Virus record (IMG/VR): IMGVR_UViG_3300038675_000861
Coordinates: 1 to 35,123 of that record
Direction: 5' to 3' (one strand)
Length of the DNA stretch: 35,123 nt
Source of the DNA: a virus
Lineage: Duplodnaviria > Caudoviricetes
Below the pieces are notes generated by a model. That model saw nothing but the letters and a program-made list of their open reading frames with translations. It had not been told where the DNA came from and made no database searches. Position numbers and translations under genes: made by a program. Positions 1 to 8,801 of the stretch are shown one piece after another; the first letter of the stretch is position 1; every line of letters begins with the position of its first letter.

Positions 1-15
1 TAAAATATGTTTCAT
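1..15 (-). CDS. 5' start of a flanking host gene (truncated by the window edge)
   Basis: Minus strand reads GAGGTAGCG-ATG AAA CAT ATT TTA (MKHIL...), with an RBS-like GAGGT and a consensus promoter upstream. Confidence 0.5.
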
Positions 16-172
16 CGCTACCTCGCCTTCCTGAAACTGGCTAATACCATATATATTTGTAATTCCTGCTGTTCTCTGTACTTATTGAAAAAGCAGGAAT
101 ACATTATCCTTCTTTGCAAATGCTTAAAGGCATTAAAATCACTTTACCTCTATTATTTGTACCATTTATAAT

Positions 173-201
173 ATAATACTGTAAAGCCCAGCTTATGTCA
201 A
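173..201 (-). promoter_or_regulatory. Sigma70-type promoter of the host gene
   Basis: Minus strand TTGACA (201..196), 17 bp, TATTAT (178..173). Confidence 0.65.
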
Positions 202-241
202 GTATTTTTTACTGTTCATTTTCTCCGGAAAAAGTTCCTGA

Positions 242-257
242 CTAAAGATGATATCTT
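242..257. repeat. Left copy of 16 bp direct repeat (putative target-site duplication)
   Basis: CTAAAGATGATATCTT is identical to 35070..35085 (17 bp if the preceding A is counted). Confidence 0.85.
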
Positions 258-262
258 TATAG

Positions 263-438
263 AGTATCAAGTAAAATTGCAAATAGTATCACTTTCGTTG
301 CAAATCGCCGTTTTAGGTGAGACCCGAGTTTCAACCTTTTTGCAAATCGGTTTCAACCTTTTTGCAAATTCAGTTTCAACCTTTTTGCAAATCTAGTATC
401 ACCGTTTTTGCAAATCTAGTTTCAACCTTTTTGCAAAT
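263..438 (+). repeat. Left-end array of seven 21-22 bp direct repeats (putative transposase-binding sites)
   Basis: Copies start at 263, 285, 327, 349, 372, 395 and 418; consensus AGTWTCA(N7-8)TGCAAAT; four copies contain GTTTCAACCTTTTTGCAAAT. Confidence 0.85.
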
Positions 439-446
439 CCACCATG

Positions 447-476
447 TTGACATCCTTATATTGATCGATTTATCAT
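447..476 (+). promoter_or_regulatory. Putative sigma70 promoter for the left-end accessory gene
   Basis: TTGACA (447..452), 18 bp, TATCAT (471..476). Confidence 0.4.
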
Positions 477-698
477 AATAAAAATATTGGGAAACACCAG
501 CAGTTTCCCAGGTTTCAAAGGGCATTCTATGCAGGGTCTGTAGGCTGTGACCATAATCGGATTTGGTTGTCTCAATGTCAAGTTTGAATATCTTCCATCT
601 TTCTTATCGTATTGAGCAGAAAGGACTTGACTACCTTTGCGAGGGGTGCAGAGTAGCCCCCATAAATCAACAGTCGGGTAACCGAGAAGGAGATCAAG

Positions 699-1094
699 AT
701 GACCAAGCAAAACAAGAATCACAAGGACCAAACAACGCTGGAGGAGATGGTGAAATCAGGCAGCCAACTTATTCTGAAGCATGACGATGGGACGGAACAG
801 TTAGGAGAAGAATTAGCCAAGCAATCAGGCACATTGAAGTCAGGAACAACAATGAAGGTAATAGAGATGGACAAGAGTGGCTTTGATAATGAGCCTACCA
901 AGTCCGATCCCTACTCTGACGAATACCATTATAAGAACTGGTGGAATCAGTTCCGAGGCCCCTGGCTGCAGTCGGAGAAGATGACTGAGGAGGAGATCAA
1001 AACCAGAGTCGATGATGCCTGGGAATGTGGAGACTATAAAGAAGTGATCAATCATATGGCAGAGATGATCTGCCGCCTCGAAAAGAATCGATAA
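699..1094 (+). CDS. Hypothetical protein (accessory/moron gene)
   Basis: 131 aa ORF with AAGGAG RBS, opposite to the late genes and followed by a terminator. Confidence 0.7.
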   Translation: MTKQNKNHKDQTTLEEMVKSGSQLILKHDDGTEQLGEELAKQSGTLKSGTTMKVIEMDKSGFDNEPTKSDPYSDEYHYKNWWNQFRGPWLQSEKMTEEEIKTRVDDAWECGDYKEVINHMAEMICRLEKNR

Positions 1095-1115
1095 GCAAAA
1101 TCTAAACTATATACT

Positions 1116-1137
1116 AACCCGGTTCTGCCGGGTTTTT
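1116..1137 (+). terminator. Intrinsic terminator between convergent genes
   Basis: AACCCGG-TTCTG-CCGGGTT followed by a T run. Confidence 0.75.
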
Positions 1138-1147
1138 CTCTTGGGCA

Positions 1148-1804
1148 TTATTTGGCGAGGGCAAGTAGCTTGTAGATAGAATCGGTGGCAGTATAGACTT
1201 TGCTAATTCTGATCTTGACGGTAACCTGATTCCCTACGAGCATTACATCAGATATATATAGGAAGGCATCACACTGGTTGGTCAGAATAATATGGGGCAG
1301 CTCCTGATATTCTTTATTCAGGATGTGGGTGATGAACTTGTCTTGAGTAAGCTTGGCAGGGCTGCACTGGCTAATGTCTCCCACTCCCTTATCCTGATCC
1401 TGCAGCTCGTATTGCAGCTTGGAGAGTGATAGTAAGCCATTCTGCAGGTGTTCAGTTCCAATGGCTTCATTGGCGATCTTGGTGCCTGTAACCGCTCCAT
1501 CCAAGATGTGATTGCCAAAGATACAATTGTTCTGCAGACCTCTGGCATCGAGCTTGCCGATGGTGCAGGTCTTGCCGCTGAACTGGCCTTGAGTATTTCC
1601 TATGTTATCCCATATCTCATAGAAGCCGCAATCTGATTCAGATTCTATGCTGATCTCGTAATAACCAGAGTTGGGAGTGTTCTCGATTAGCTTCTTGCCT
1701 TCTGACCAGGATTGACCAGGTCTGAGTAGACGGATATCTATTCCCGATTGAGGCTTCCTTTCGGTGCCTTCCATTGTATAATAGCTGATGGCGAACTTGT
1801 ACAT
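1148..1804 (-). CDS. Putative tail tip/fibre-associated protein
   Basis: Last late gene; contains the short repeat ILDGAVTGTKIANEAIGTEHL, typical of phage tail proteins; CAGGAG RBS. Confidence 0.6.
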   Translation of the reverse strand: MYKFAISYYTMEGTERKPQSGIDIRLLRPGQSWSEGKKLIENTPNSGYYEISIESESDCGFYEIWDNIGNTQGQFSGKTCTIGKLDARGLQNNCIFGNHILDGAVTGTKIANEAIGTEHLQNGLLSLSKLQYELQDQDKGVGDISQCSPAKLTQDKFITHILNKEYQELPHIILTNQCDAFLYISDVMLVGNQVTVKIRISKVYTATDSIYKLLALAK

Positions 1805-1837
1805 TTATGCTCCTGTGTGGATTCTTATTGCTTAGGT

Positions 1838-2299
1838 TTATGCTAAGTGTTGACCGGTAACTGTTTCATCAAAATCGGTGATAATGATAATGCTGAAGTC
1901 AATATAGCCGGGACTGCCTATGTATCTGGATTCCAGACTGAACTTGACCTTAGTGGGATACTCGTGCAGATCATCCGGACACTTAGGTAGTTGAGATATC
2001 GTAACCGGGAACTGACTGCTAAAGCTGTTGTAGGCAGTGTATTCCAGATATAACTTGCCGGGACCGAGGAGGAAGTTCATTAGGCTGTAGTATTCGCTTG
2101 GTTCTAATACAGCTTCCAGATCAAAGGAGTCCTCCCGGTAGGCTTCCCTTCTATGGATAATGGTGGGATCGTAAACGTTCTTCTTTTCAATGCGGTACTT
2201 CTGAGAGGGGCTGTATTCGATCTGCCCATTAGGACAGAAGAAGTAATAGATGCCATCGTCAGCCCAGCGAATAAGCTTGAAGCCTTTTATAACAGCCAT
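1838..2299 (-). CDS. Putative tail protein (distal-tail-like)
   Basis: 153 aa beta-rich ORF overlapping the upstream tail gene; called from position. Confidence 0.55.
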   Translation of the reverse strand: MAVIKGFKLIRWADDGIYYFFCPNGQIEYSPSQKYRIEKKNVYDPTIIHRREAYREDSFDLEAVLEPSEYYSLMNFLLGPGKLYLEYTAYNSFSSQFPVTISQLPKCPDDLHEYPTKVKFSLESRYIGSPGYIDFSIIIITDFDETVTGQHLA

Positions 2300-3774
2300 G
2301 CTTTCACCTTGTATTCATCATCTTGAAAGTTTCGCTCCAGTTCGGTTATGGCATAGATCTTATTCTGAATGCGTATCTTGGACTGGAGTGTAAGATTGTA
2401 TTTGGAGAGATTATCAATAACGGCTTCGCAGCTCCATTTGGAGTCGTGAAAGTCGATCAGATAGTCTTTGATTAAGCTCTGCAGTTGAGTGGTATCGCCT
2501 GCCAGGATATCCAGACAGTTGATCTCCGGCTTCTCCGGATTGCCCCGCTTACTGACAAAGCTGACCACATCCTCTGCATCGATATCTACTATGGTATCGG
2601 AATAAGCATCCTTGTTCTTGAGCACGATCTGACCTTGGGGATTGCTGAAGATGGTGGCATTGTAAAGCATGAGCATAGCCTGCAGAGCCTTGATGTTATC
2701 AGTTTGCTCATCATTGTAGTTCTCATAAGCCTTGCCCGGGAACAGCTTAGCCGGGAAAAGATTGCCATAGAAATGAGCTTCAATCCAGTGATTAACATAA
2801 TGACCGCTGCCGTAGCTGCGTCCATCTATTAATCCAGTTGAAGTTAAGCCACTATATAGGGTGCTCTCCGAGATACCGTTTTTAATATAGAAGCTTATGA
2901 ACTCGTTGGTTGTATTTTCAAGGGAAGCCAGATCATCCACCCAGTCGGTCTTTTCATCATACTCAATCACAACAGGACAGATATTGTTGAAAAACTGGTA
3001 GATGCGTCCCCTATATCGGCCCTGATAGCGGGTAGCGGAAGGACTGGTATAAGTGGCTTTTATCACCTTTTTATAGGCAAAGATGAAGCTGATGCGGTTA
3101 GCTATGCTATCAATCCGGTAGCCCCAAAAAGGTCCCGGCCAGCCTGAGCTGTCATAGCTGTAAGTCCAGCCTCCGGTAGGGTTGGGAAAGGCGAGCAGAT
3201 CATTGAAGTCGATGTGGGCAATAGTAATGAGATCACCGTTACCTATGTTCATAGTAGGCAGAGTGAACTGGTTGGAGTAGGGTATGTTGACTGGTATCTT
3301 CTGCTCAATATCCTGCAGGAAGTAAGCCAGTATCCAGTTAGGCTGATAACCTGCCGTAAGCGAATAGTAGTGAGTGAGATCGGAGTAGAGGGAGAGCAGC
3401 TTAATCTTATCGTAGCAAGTGATCTTGAGAATGCCGGAGGATATATCCAAGCATAGCTGGGAGGTATCGATAATGCCGGAGAAGAACAGGCTGTTATCCC
3501 GATAGACCTTGACCTCAAAGTGGGATATGTAACGCTCGTGCTCGTTATTGCCACTGAGGATGTTATTTTCTATCCAGGTAGTGGGAAAGCATTCGAATAC
3601 TAAACGCTTGGGCTCACGGCTGTAGTTGGAGACCGACTGCAGCTTATCGGCTGAGACGGATAGACTGATGATGGCTCTGTTGGCAGCAGTATCTACCAGG
3701 CTATGCTTGACCTGGTTATAATCGGAAGCATCTGTCTTGCCTTGAATAAAGTCAATCTTAAAGAGGTTAGGCAT
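2287..3774 (-). CDS. Putative tail tip/hub protein
   Basis: 495 aa, directly downstream of the tape measure; segment VKVYRDNSLFFSGII...ILKITCYD resembles tail hub proteins. Confidence 0.6.
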   Translation of the reverse strand: MPNLFKIDFIQGKTDASDYNQVKHSLVDTAANRAIISLSVSADKLQSVSNYSREPKRLVFECFPTTWIENNILSGNNEHERYISHFEVKVYRDNSLFFSGIIDTSQLCLDISSGILKITCYDKIKLLSLYSDLTHYYSLTAGYQPNWILAYFLQDIEQKIPVNIPYSNQFTLPTMNIGNGDLITIAHIDFNDLLAFPNPTGGWTYSYDSSGWPGPFWGYRIDSIANRISFIFAYKKVIKATYTSPSATRYQGRYRGRIYQFFNNICPVVIEYDEKTDWVDDLASLENTTNEFISFYIKNGISESTLYSGLTSTGLIDGRSYGSGHYVNHWIEAHFYGNLFPAKLFPGKAYENYNDEQTDNIKALQAMLMLYNATIFSNPQGQIVLKNKDAYSDTIVDIDAEDVVSFVSKRGNPEKPEINCLDILAGDTTQLQSLIKDYLIDFHDSKWSCEAVIDNLSKYNLTLQSKIRIQNKIYAITELERNFQDDEYKVKAWLL

Positions 3775-3794
3775 AGAACATCCTATGTATCATA

Positions 3795-6764
3795 CTACAC
3801 TTCACTTCTGATCATCTTCCCGGTATCGGCTATCTCCGAGACCTTAACCGGATCATTGGAGAGCGGATCAACATTAACTTCTATAACAGGTTTGGAATCC
3901 ATCACCGTTTGCTTGAGTGAGACAATCTCGTCTTTCAGTGCGGCAATCAGGTCGATCAGGGTATTCATATTGCCTCCGGAAGAGATAGCTCCACCTGCGG
4001 CATAATATGAGCCCATACTGCTGGGAATAGGCACTGAAGGGGTTGGCATGCCGGCAAAGGCAAGCTTCACCTGCTCCAAAGGTGCGAAGTTGAGAAAGTC
4101 AAATAAGTTCCTGCCCAGTGCCTTGACTCGATCCTTGGCAGTGACGTATTCGTCACCCTCGGCTTCAATGAGGATGCCTCCCTGGTTATGGGAAGGTCCG
4201 GTTAAGAGACCTCCGGTAGCTTTCTTTTCAAACTTGGTGGCACTGATCCTGGCGATGTTGGCCATACCGGCAGCTAACGCAGCTGCTGCAGCCGCCACTG
4301 CCAGTCCGGGTCCCACGATTGGAATACCGACCATTGACTTGTAAGCAGCGATAGCTGCTGAGAAGGTATCCACATAGCCTTGAGCCATAGCCGAAGCCTT
4401 CCAAAGCTTAAAGCCACGTTCTGTGTCCTTGTCCTGAGCTGCAGCCAGATCACCGAAGATCTTGGAGGTGCCACTGACTGCCTGAAGCTGGTAGTTGGTT
4501 CTAATGGTATTTAGAGTCTCTTGCTTCTGCCGCTCGATTTCTTCTTCAGTATAACCAGCTTCCAATAGCTTTTCTTTCCTCTTATTATAGTATTTTTCTG
4601 CTTCCAGAAGCTGCTTGCTGTAGCTATCACCGATGTTATCCAAGTCACGTGAGTAGAACTCGTCCCGGATATCCTGCAGTTCCTGCAGCTTGGCCCGCTC
4701 CTCATCCTGACGCTCCTGGAGCAGTTTGACGTGCCGGGCATCTATCTCGGCAATCTGAGCCTGGATCAGCTGCTGCTCTTGTTGAGGCAGGTTCTGCTGT
4801 GCCCAGGCATAATACTCTTCCATACTGGCTTTAAGAGCGGCATAGGAATCAACTCCCAGGTTCTCCAGATTAGAGAAGTAATCAATCTCAGCTTTGTATC
4901 TGGCTTGGACAGCATCCTTCTCTTTGGTAGCAAGTTCATTATCCTGCTGAGTCTTCCAGGTATCGAGGTTCTCCATAGCCTGACGCTCGGCTTCACTGCC
5001 ATCCTGAGTGAACTCATTAATCAGTGCCAGCCGCCTCTGATACTCGGCTTCTATTTTCTCGGTCTCAGTCTGTCTCAGCCTGGCCAGCTCTTCCATCAAG
5101 CGTAACGCTTCTCTGCGTCTTGCTTCTGTTTCTAAGGCCGCAGGACTGGTAGTGTTGTCTCCTTCATCGCCACCACCCTGATCAAAGGTAAGATCAGGCA
5201 CTTCCAACATGGCCTTGCGGTAGGCATCACCCAAGGCTTGAAGATCGTTTTTGGCAGCTTGCAGTTTTCCCGATAAGGCCCCAAACGAGTTGATCGTCCG
5301 TTCCAGTTTAAGCCACTCTCCGTCATTACCGAAATAGGAGGCAGGATTGAAGCCCATTGCATTACGGTCACTGGTTAAGAACTCCCAGTCTACTGATGAT
5401 TTCAACTCCTTTATCCTGGCATTGGCAGCATTGTATTCTGCCCGCTTCTTATCCAGTTCGATCTGCAGTTCTGCTACTCTCTGGACTTGGGCATTATATT
5501 TCTCGCCATAGATCTCGGAGATCTTTTTCTGCACCAGAGCTTCGGAAGCTGCCCGTAAAGCAGTAGCCAGGTCATTGTAGGCCGCTGTCTCTAAGTTGAT
5601 ATTGCCAAGATACTCCGAGTAGTTGTCATTCAGGGACTTGATGACATTCTTCATCTCCCGCTTGTCTGCGGCTGTTAGGGAAGTAGCAGAGCGCAGTTCA
5701 AGTAGCCTGGATGCCAGTAGACTGAACTTTTCAGCTTCAACTGAGACCTGCCGCTGGGCATCCTTTATCTCATCCTTCATGCTCCTTTGAGCTGTACTAA
5801 CCTCATCAGTCTTGTTGGATGCTGCTGCCAGTCCGAAGCCCAGTACAGACAAAGCCCCCACAGCAATGCCGATGATTCCGGCTACCGGGTTCATGGCTAC
5901 CTGCAGAGCATGATAGGCTGCTGTGAGAGCGGTTATCGTAGTGGTGACAGTTCCGATAACCGGTATAGCAATCACAATCCCTGTCACGAAGCCTTTCATT
6001 ACAGGAGACAGGCTGTTATAAGCATCCATGAGCAGTTTCAGACCCTTGAGCAGAGGGTTGATCAGAGTGGTCAGCATATCTCCCACCGTCTCTTGGATAT
6101 CTCCCCAGGCATTGGCATTCTGCAAACGCAAGTCAGCCAGAGCTACTGCTGTTCCGCCATAGTCTTCGCTAAGCTTCTCAACCAGATAGGATACACCTTC
6201 GGTCTTGAGACGGGTATCATCCAGTTCAATGCCATATCTGCCAAGCATCTCGGTATGGCCGTTCAGAGCTCGGCCCATAAGATCAAATGCGCTTTCAACT
6301 GACATCCCGGTGGCTTTATCAGCTTCTGTAAAGTCCAGCAGTACCGGCACAAGCTGTTGAATCTCATCCTTGTTCAGTTTGAAGGTCTGGGAGAGTTTGG
6401 ACATCAAAGACAGCAGTTTGTCATCCTCGAAGTTGGTGACTGACTGCATAGAAGATGCGAAGTTTGCCATTTCGTCAGCCGCTTCGCCGAAGGCTATGGA
6501 AGCCAACTTCATGGCTTGACGCTGTCCCAAGGAGGCATCAAGCAGATCGTTCATATATCTAACAAGACCGCCTACAACCTGGAGAACACCATCAACTGCT
6601 ATTTTTACATCACGAATGGTAGCCAGAGCCTGTTCCGCTGTAATCTTAACCGCAGCAGGTTTTTCCACTACAGACTGGGTGGACTCCACCTCCTGCTTGA
6701 CTTCCGCAAGCTTGAGGTTAGCGTCATTAGTGACGAGGACGAGTTTAAAGGTTAGGTCTGGCAT
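3795..6764 (-). CDS. Tail tape measure protein
   Basis: 989 aa, Ala-rich, helical/coiled-coil, with hydrophobic segments and C-terminal ATGG/AAGG motifs. Confidence 0.9.
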   Translation of the reverse strand: MPDLTFKLVLVTNDANLKLAEVKQEVESTQSVVEKPAAVKITAEQALATIRDVKIAVDGVLQVVGGLVRYMNDLLDASLGQRQAMKLASIAFGEAADEMANFASSMQSVTNFEDDKLLSLMSKLSQTFKLNKDEIQQLVPVLLDFTEADKATGMSVESAFDLMGRALNGHTEMLGRYGIELDDTRLKTEGVSYLVEKLSEDYGGTAVALADLRLQNANAWGDIQETVGDMLTTLINPLLKGLKLLMDAYNSLSPVMKGFVTGIVIAIPVIGTVTTTITALTAAYHALQVAMNPVAGIIGIAVGALSVLGFGLAAASNKTDEVSTAQRSMKDEIKDAQRQVSVEAEKFSLLASRLLELRSATSLTAADKREMKNVIKSLNDNYSEYLGNINLETAAYNDLATALRAASEALVQKKISEIYGEKYNAQVQRVAELQIELDKKRAEYNAANARIKELKSSVDWEFLTSDRNAMGFNPASYFGNDGEWLKLERTINSFGALSGKLQAAKNDLQALGDAYRKAMLEVPDLTFDQGGGDEGDNTTSPAALETEARRREALRLMEELARLRQTETEKIEAEYQRRLALINEFTQDGSEAERQAMENLDTWKTQQDNELATKEKDAVQARYKAEIDYFSNLENLGVDSYAALKASMEEYYAWAQQNLPQQEQQLIQAQIAEIDARHVKLLQERQDEERAKLQELQDIRDEFYSRDLDNIGDSYSKQLLEAEKYYNKRKEKLLEAGYTEEEIERQKQETLNTIRTNYQLQAVSGTSKIFGDLAAAQDKDTERGFKLWKASAMAQGYVDTFSAAIAAYKSMVGIPIVGPGLAVAAAAAALAAGMANIARISATKFEKKATGGLLTGPSHNQGGILIEAEGDEYVTAKDRVKALGRNLFDFLNFAPLEQVKLAFAGMPTPSVPIPSSMGSYYAAGGAISSGGNMNTLIDLIAALKDEIVSLKQTVMDSKPVIEVNVDPLSNDPVKVSEIADTGKMIRSEV

Positions 6765-6771
6765 ATTTGTA

Positions 6772-6801
6772 TTGACAGTGAAGATGTTACGATATTATTA
6801 A
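6772..6801 (+). promoter_or_regulatory. Putative promoter of the 6830 moron
   Basis: TTGACA at 6772..6777, then TATTATTAA at 6793..6801 (spacing 15 or 18, non-optimal). Confidence 0.45.
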
Positions 6802-6829
6802 CATACAAACACCATACAGGAGTAAATAT

Positions 6830-7270
6830 ATGACTTGTACAGTTGATTGGAATGCTGTGGCAACGGGTTCCCAAGCATTGATTTTGATAATTGGGTTTTA
6901 CTTTACACATAAACAACTCAAGCATCAAACACTAGATTCCAAAGCAAGAACTATAATCGATTTGAAAAGATTGTTTCATGACTATTTGGATGTAACAATA
7001 GCTCTTAGGCCTGGAGGAAGATGGTCTGAACAAGTTCCAGAAGGAGCAGAAGCATGGGGCGCAATCGATAACTATCTCGGTCTTTTTGAACACTGCGAGT
7101 ATTTGATATCCATGAATATGATTGATCTCGACTTTTTTAGACGATCTCATAGTGTGAAACTTATGAATGCAGTGTTAAACAAACCTGTTAGGAATAAAAT
7201 ACAGTCAGAAAGAAAGAATTGGATCGATCTGCTACATCTATGCCAAAGACTGAACATTGAAGTCTTCTAA
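6830..7270 (+). CDS. Membrane-anchored moron protein (DUF4760-like)
   Basis: AT-rich, antisense to the late operon, AGGAG RBS, N-terminal TM helix, YLGLFE...ID motif. Confidence 0.7.
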   Translation: MTCTVDWNAVATGSQALILIIGFYFTHKQLKHQTLDSKARTIIDLKRLFHDYLDVTIALRPGGRWSEQVPEGAEAWGAIDNYLGLFEHCEYLISMNMIDLDFFRRSHSVKLMNAVLNKPVRNKIQSERKNWIDLLHLCQRLNIEVF

Positions 7271-8043
7271 TAATTCCTAATCAACAACTCAATCTCCGTC
7301 TGGCAAGCTCCAGATACAGAGTACTGTGTCTCTACTTCCTCAATGATGCAGCCATCGTATAGCTGCTTGATGTAAGGATCGTTGTTATAAGATAGCAGGA
7401 ACTTGCCTTTGATCTGCTTAAGTGTTTCGGCCAGCTCTTCATGCTGGTTGAAGACATCTGCGTCTTCACGCTTGTAGAGGTGTTCCTTAGTATAGTAGGG
7501 AGGGTCCAGATAAAAGAAGGTATAAGGATGGTCGAACTTGGCTACTATCTTTTCCCAAGGCTGCTTTTCGATGATCACATCGCGTAAGCGTTCCGAGGAT
7601 GCTTTAACCTTTTCCAGATTTCTTAAGGGCATATACTTGTAACCATGATTAATGCAGAAGTTCTTGCTTCTTGAGCCATAGCTGCAGGCGAGGTTGTAGT
7701 AGAACTTGATCGCTCTTTCCAACTCTGTTCTGGGCTCATACTTCAGGAAGTTATCAAACATCTCTCTGGAGATTAGATAGTTGTTCAGCTCGGTTACGAA
7801 TGCTTCCGGGTGGTTCTGGATATACTTCCAGAAGTTGACCAGATCACCATTGATATCGTTATAGACCTCGGTATAGTAGCTCTTTTGGGAGAGCTGCCAG
7901 TCTTCCTTGTTAGCGCTCTTCCCAAATAGTATCCAGGCAGCACCGCCAAAGACTTCGCAGTAGATGTCATGCTTGGGGATAAGCGGTAGGATCTTCTTGC
8001 GAAGGATACGCTTACCGCCTACCCAGGAGATAATAGAGTTCAT
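7267..8043 (-). CDS. DNA N6-adenine methyltransferase (D12/Dam class), copy 2
   Basis: WVGGK, EVFGGAA, NDIN and YLDPPY motifs. Confidence 0.92.
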   Translation of the reverse strand: MNSIISWVGGKRILRKKILPLIPKHDIYCEVFGGAAWILFGKSANKEDWQLSQKSYYTEVYNDINGDLVNFWKYIQNHPEAFVTELNNYLISREMFDNFLKYEPRTELERAIKFYYNLACSYGSRSKNFCINHGYKYMPLRNLEKVKASSERLRDVIIEKQPWEKIVAKFDHPYTFFYLDPPYYTKEHLYKREDADVFNQHEELAETLKQIKGKFLLSYNNDPYIKQLYDGCIIEEVETQYSVSGACQTEIELLIRNY

Positions 8044-8801
8044 TGCTCCTCCAGCTTGAAGTTGGCAATTATCACTTCTTTGAACTCGGACTTGCCTTGC
8101 TTGCGGTTGATACCTTTGGTGCGGGTGACGTGCTTGATATCATAGCCCTTGTATAGCTTGAGCACTTCCGGGTTATCATCATAGCTGAGGATGAACCGGC
8201 CCTTGATCTTCTTGAGCTTGGCACACAGGTCTTCATGGCTGAACTGCTTGGAGTTCTCGTAGGTGTAGCCCTGCATGTAGGGTGGATCGCAATAGAAGAA
8301 GTTGGACTTGGTATCATACTTCTCTATGACCTTCTCGTAAGAGAGATTCTCGATGATCACCATATCAAGACGCTTGTGCAGCTCTTTGATGCGTTCCAAA
8401 CGGTTATACATACTGGAGGTACCACGCTTCTGAGAGGTGCCAAAGCTGTCACCTTTTGATCCGTATGATCTGGTAATCAGGAACATAAATCTGGCAGCCC
8501 GCTGAATCTCAGTGAGGCCTTCCTGCTTGAGGATATCGCCAAAGAGCTTGCGGCTGGCTACTAACCAGTCCAGTTCCCTGATCAGCTCATCAGGATGATA
8601 TTTTACTTGCAGGAACAGGTTAACCAGACGATTATCGAGATCGTTATAGACTTCCAGCTCTGCCCACTTCTCTTTGTAGAGGAGCATCCAGGCAGCTCCA
8701 CCGAAGGGCTCTATGAACCCGGTAATATCCTTGGGAACGTAGGGAGCGATAACCTTTCGAAGCAGGCGTTTACCGCCTATCCATCCAATCAATGCATCCA
8801 T
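8040..8801 (-). CDS. DNA N6-adenine methyltransferase (D12/Dam class), copy 1
   Basis: WIGGK, EPFGGAA, NDLD and YCDPPY motifs; ATGA overlap with copy 2. Confidence 0.92.
   Translation of the reverse strand: MDALIGWIGGKRLLRKVIAPYVPKDITGFIEPFGGAAWMLLYKEKWAELEVYNDLDNRLVNLFLQVKYHPDELIRELDWLVASRKLFGDILKQEGLTEIQRAARFMFLITRSYGSKGDSFGTSQKRGTSSMYNRLERIKELHKRLDMVIIENLSYEKVIEKYDTKSNFFYCDPPYMQGYTYENSKQFSHEDLCAKLKKIKGRFILSYDDNPEVLKLYKGYDIKHVTRTKGINRKQGKSEFKEVIIANFKLEEQ

Noticed and set aside
62-121. Hairpin ATTCCTGCT/AGCAGGAAT and a partial TTTGCAAAT match in the host flank
   Set aside because: Outside the direct repeat, matches no riboswitch I recognise, and a short match is plausible by chance in AT-rich DNA.
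242-257. attL/attR core of a phage-encoded integrase
   Set aside because: No tyrosine or serine recombinase is recognisable and no tRNA target is present; a host recombinase acting in trans cannot be fully excluded.
327-438. CRISPR array (repeats begin GTTTCAA)
   Set aside because: Units are separated by only 1-2 bp, there are no spacers, and no cas genes are present.
1148-3774. Diversity-generating retroelement or invertible tail-fibre segment
   Set aside because: No reverse transcriptase, invertase or TR/VR repeat pair is seen.
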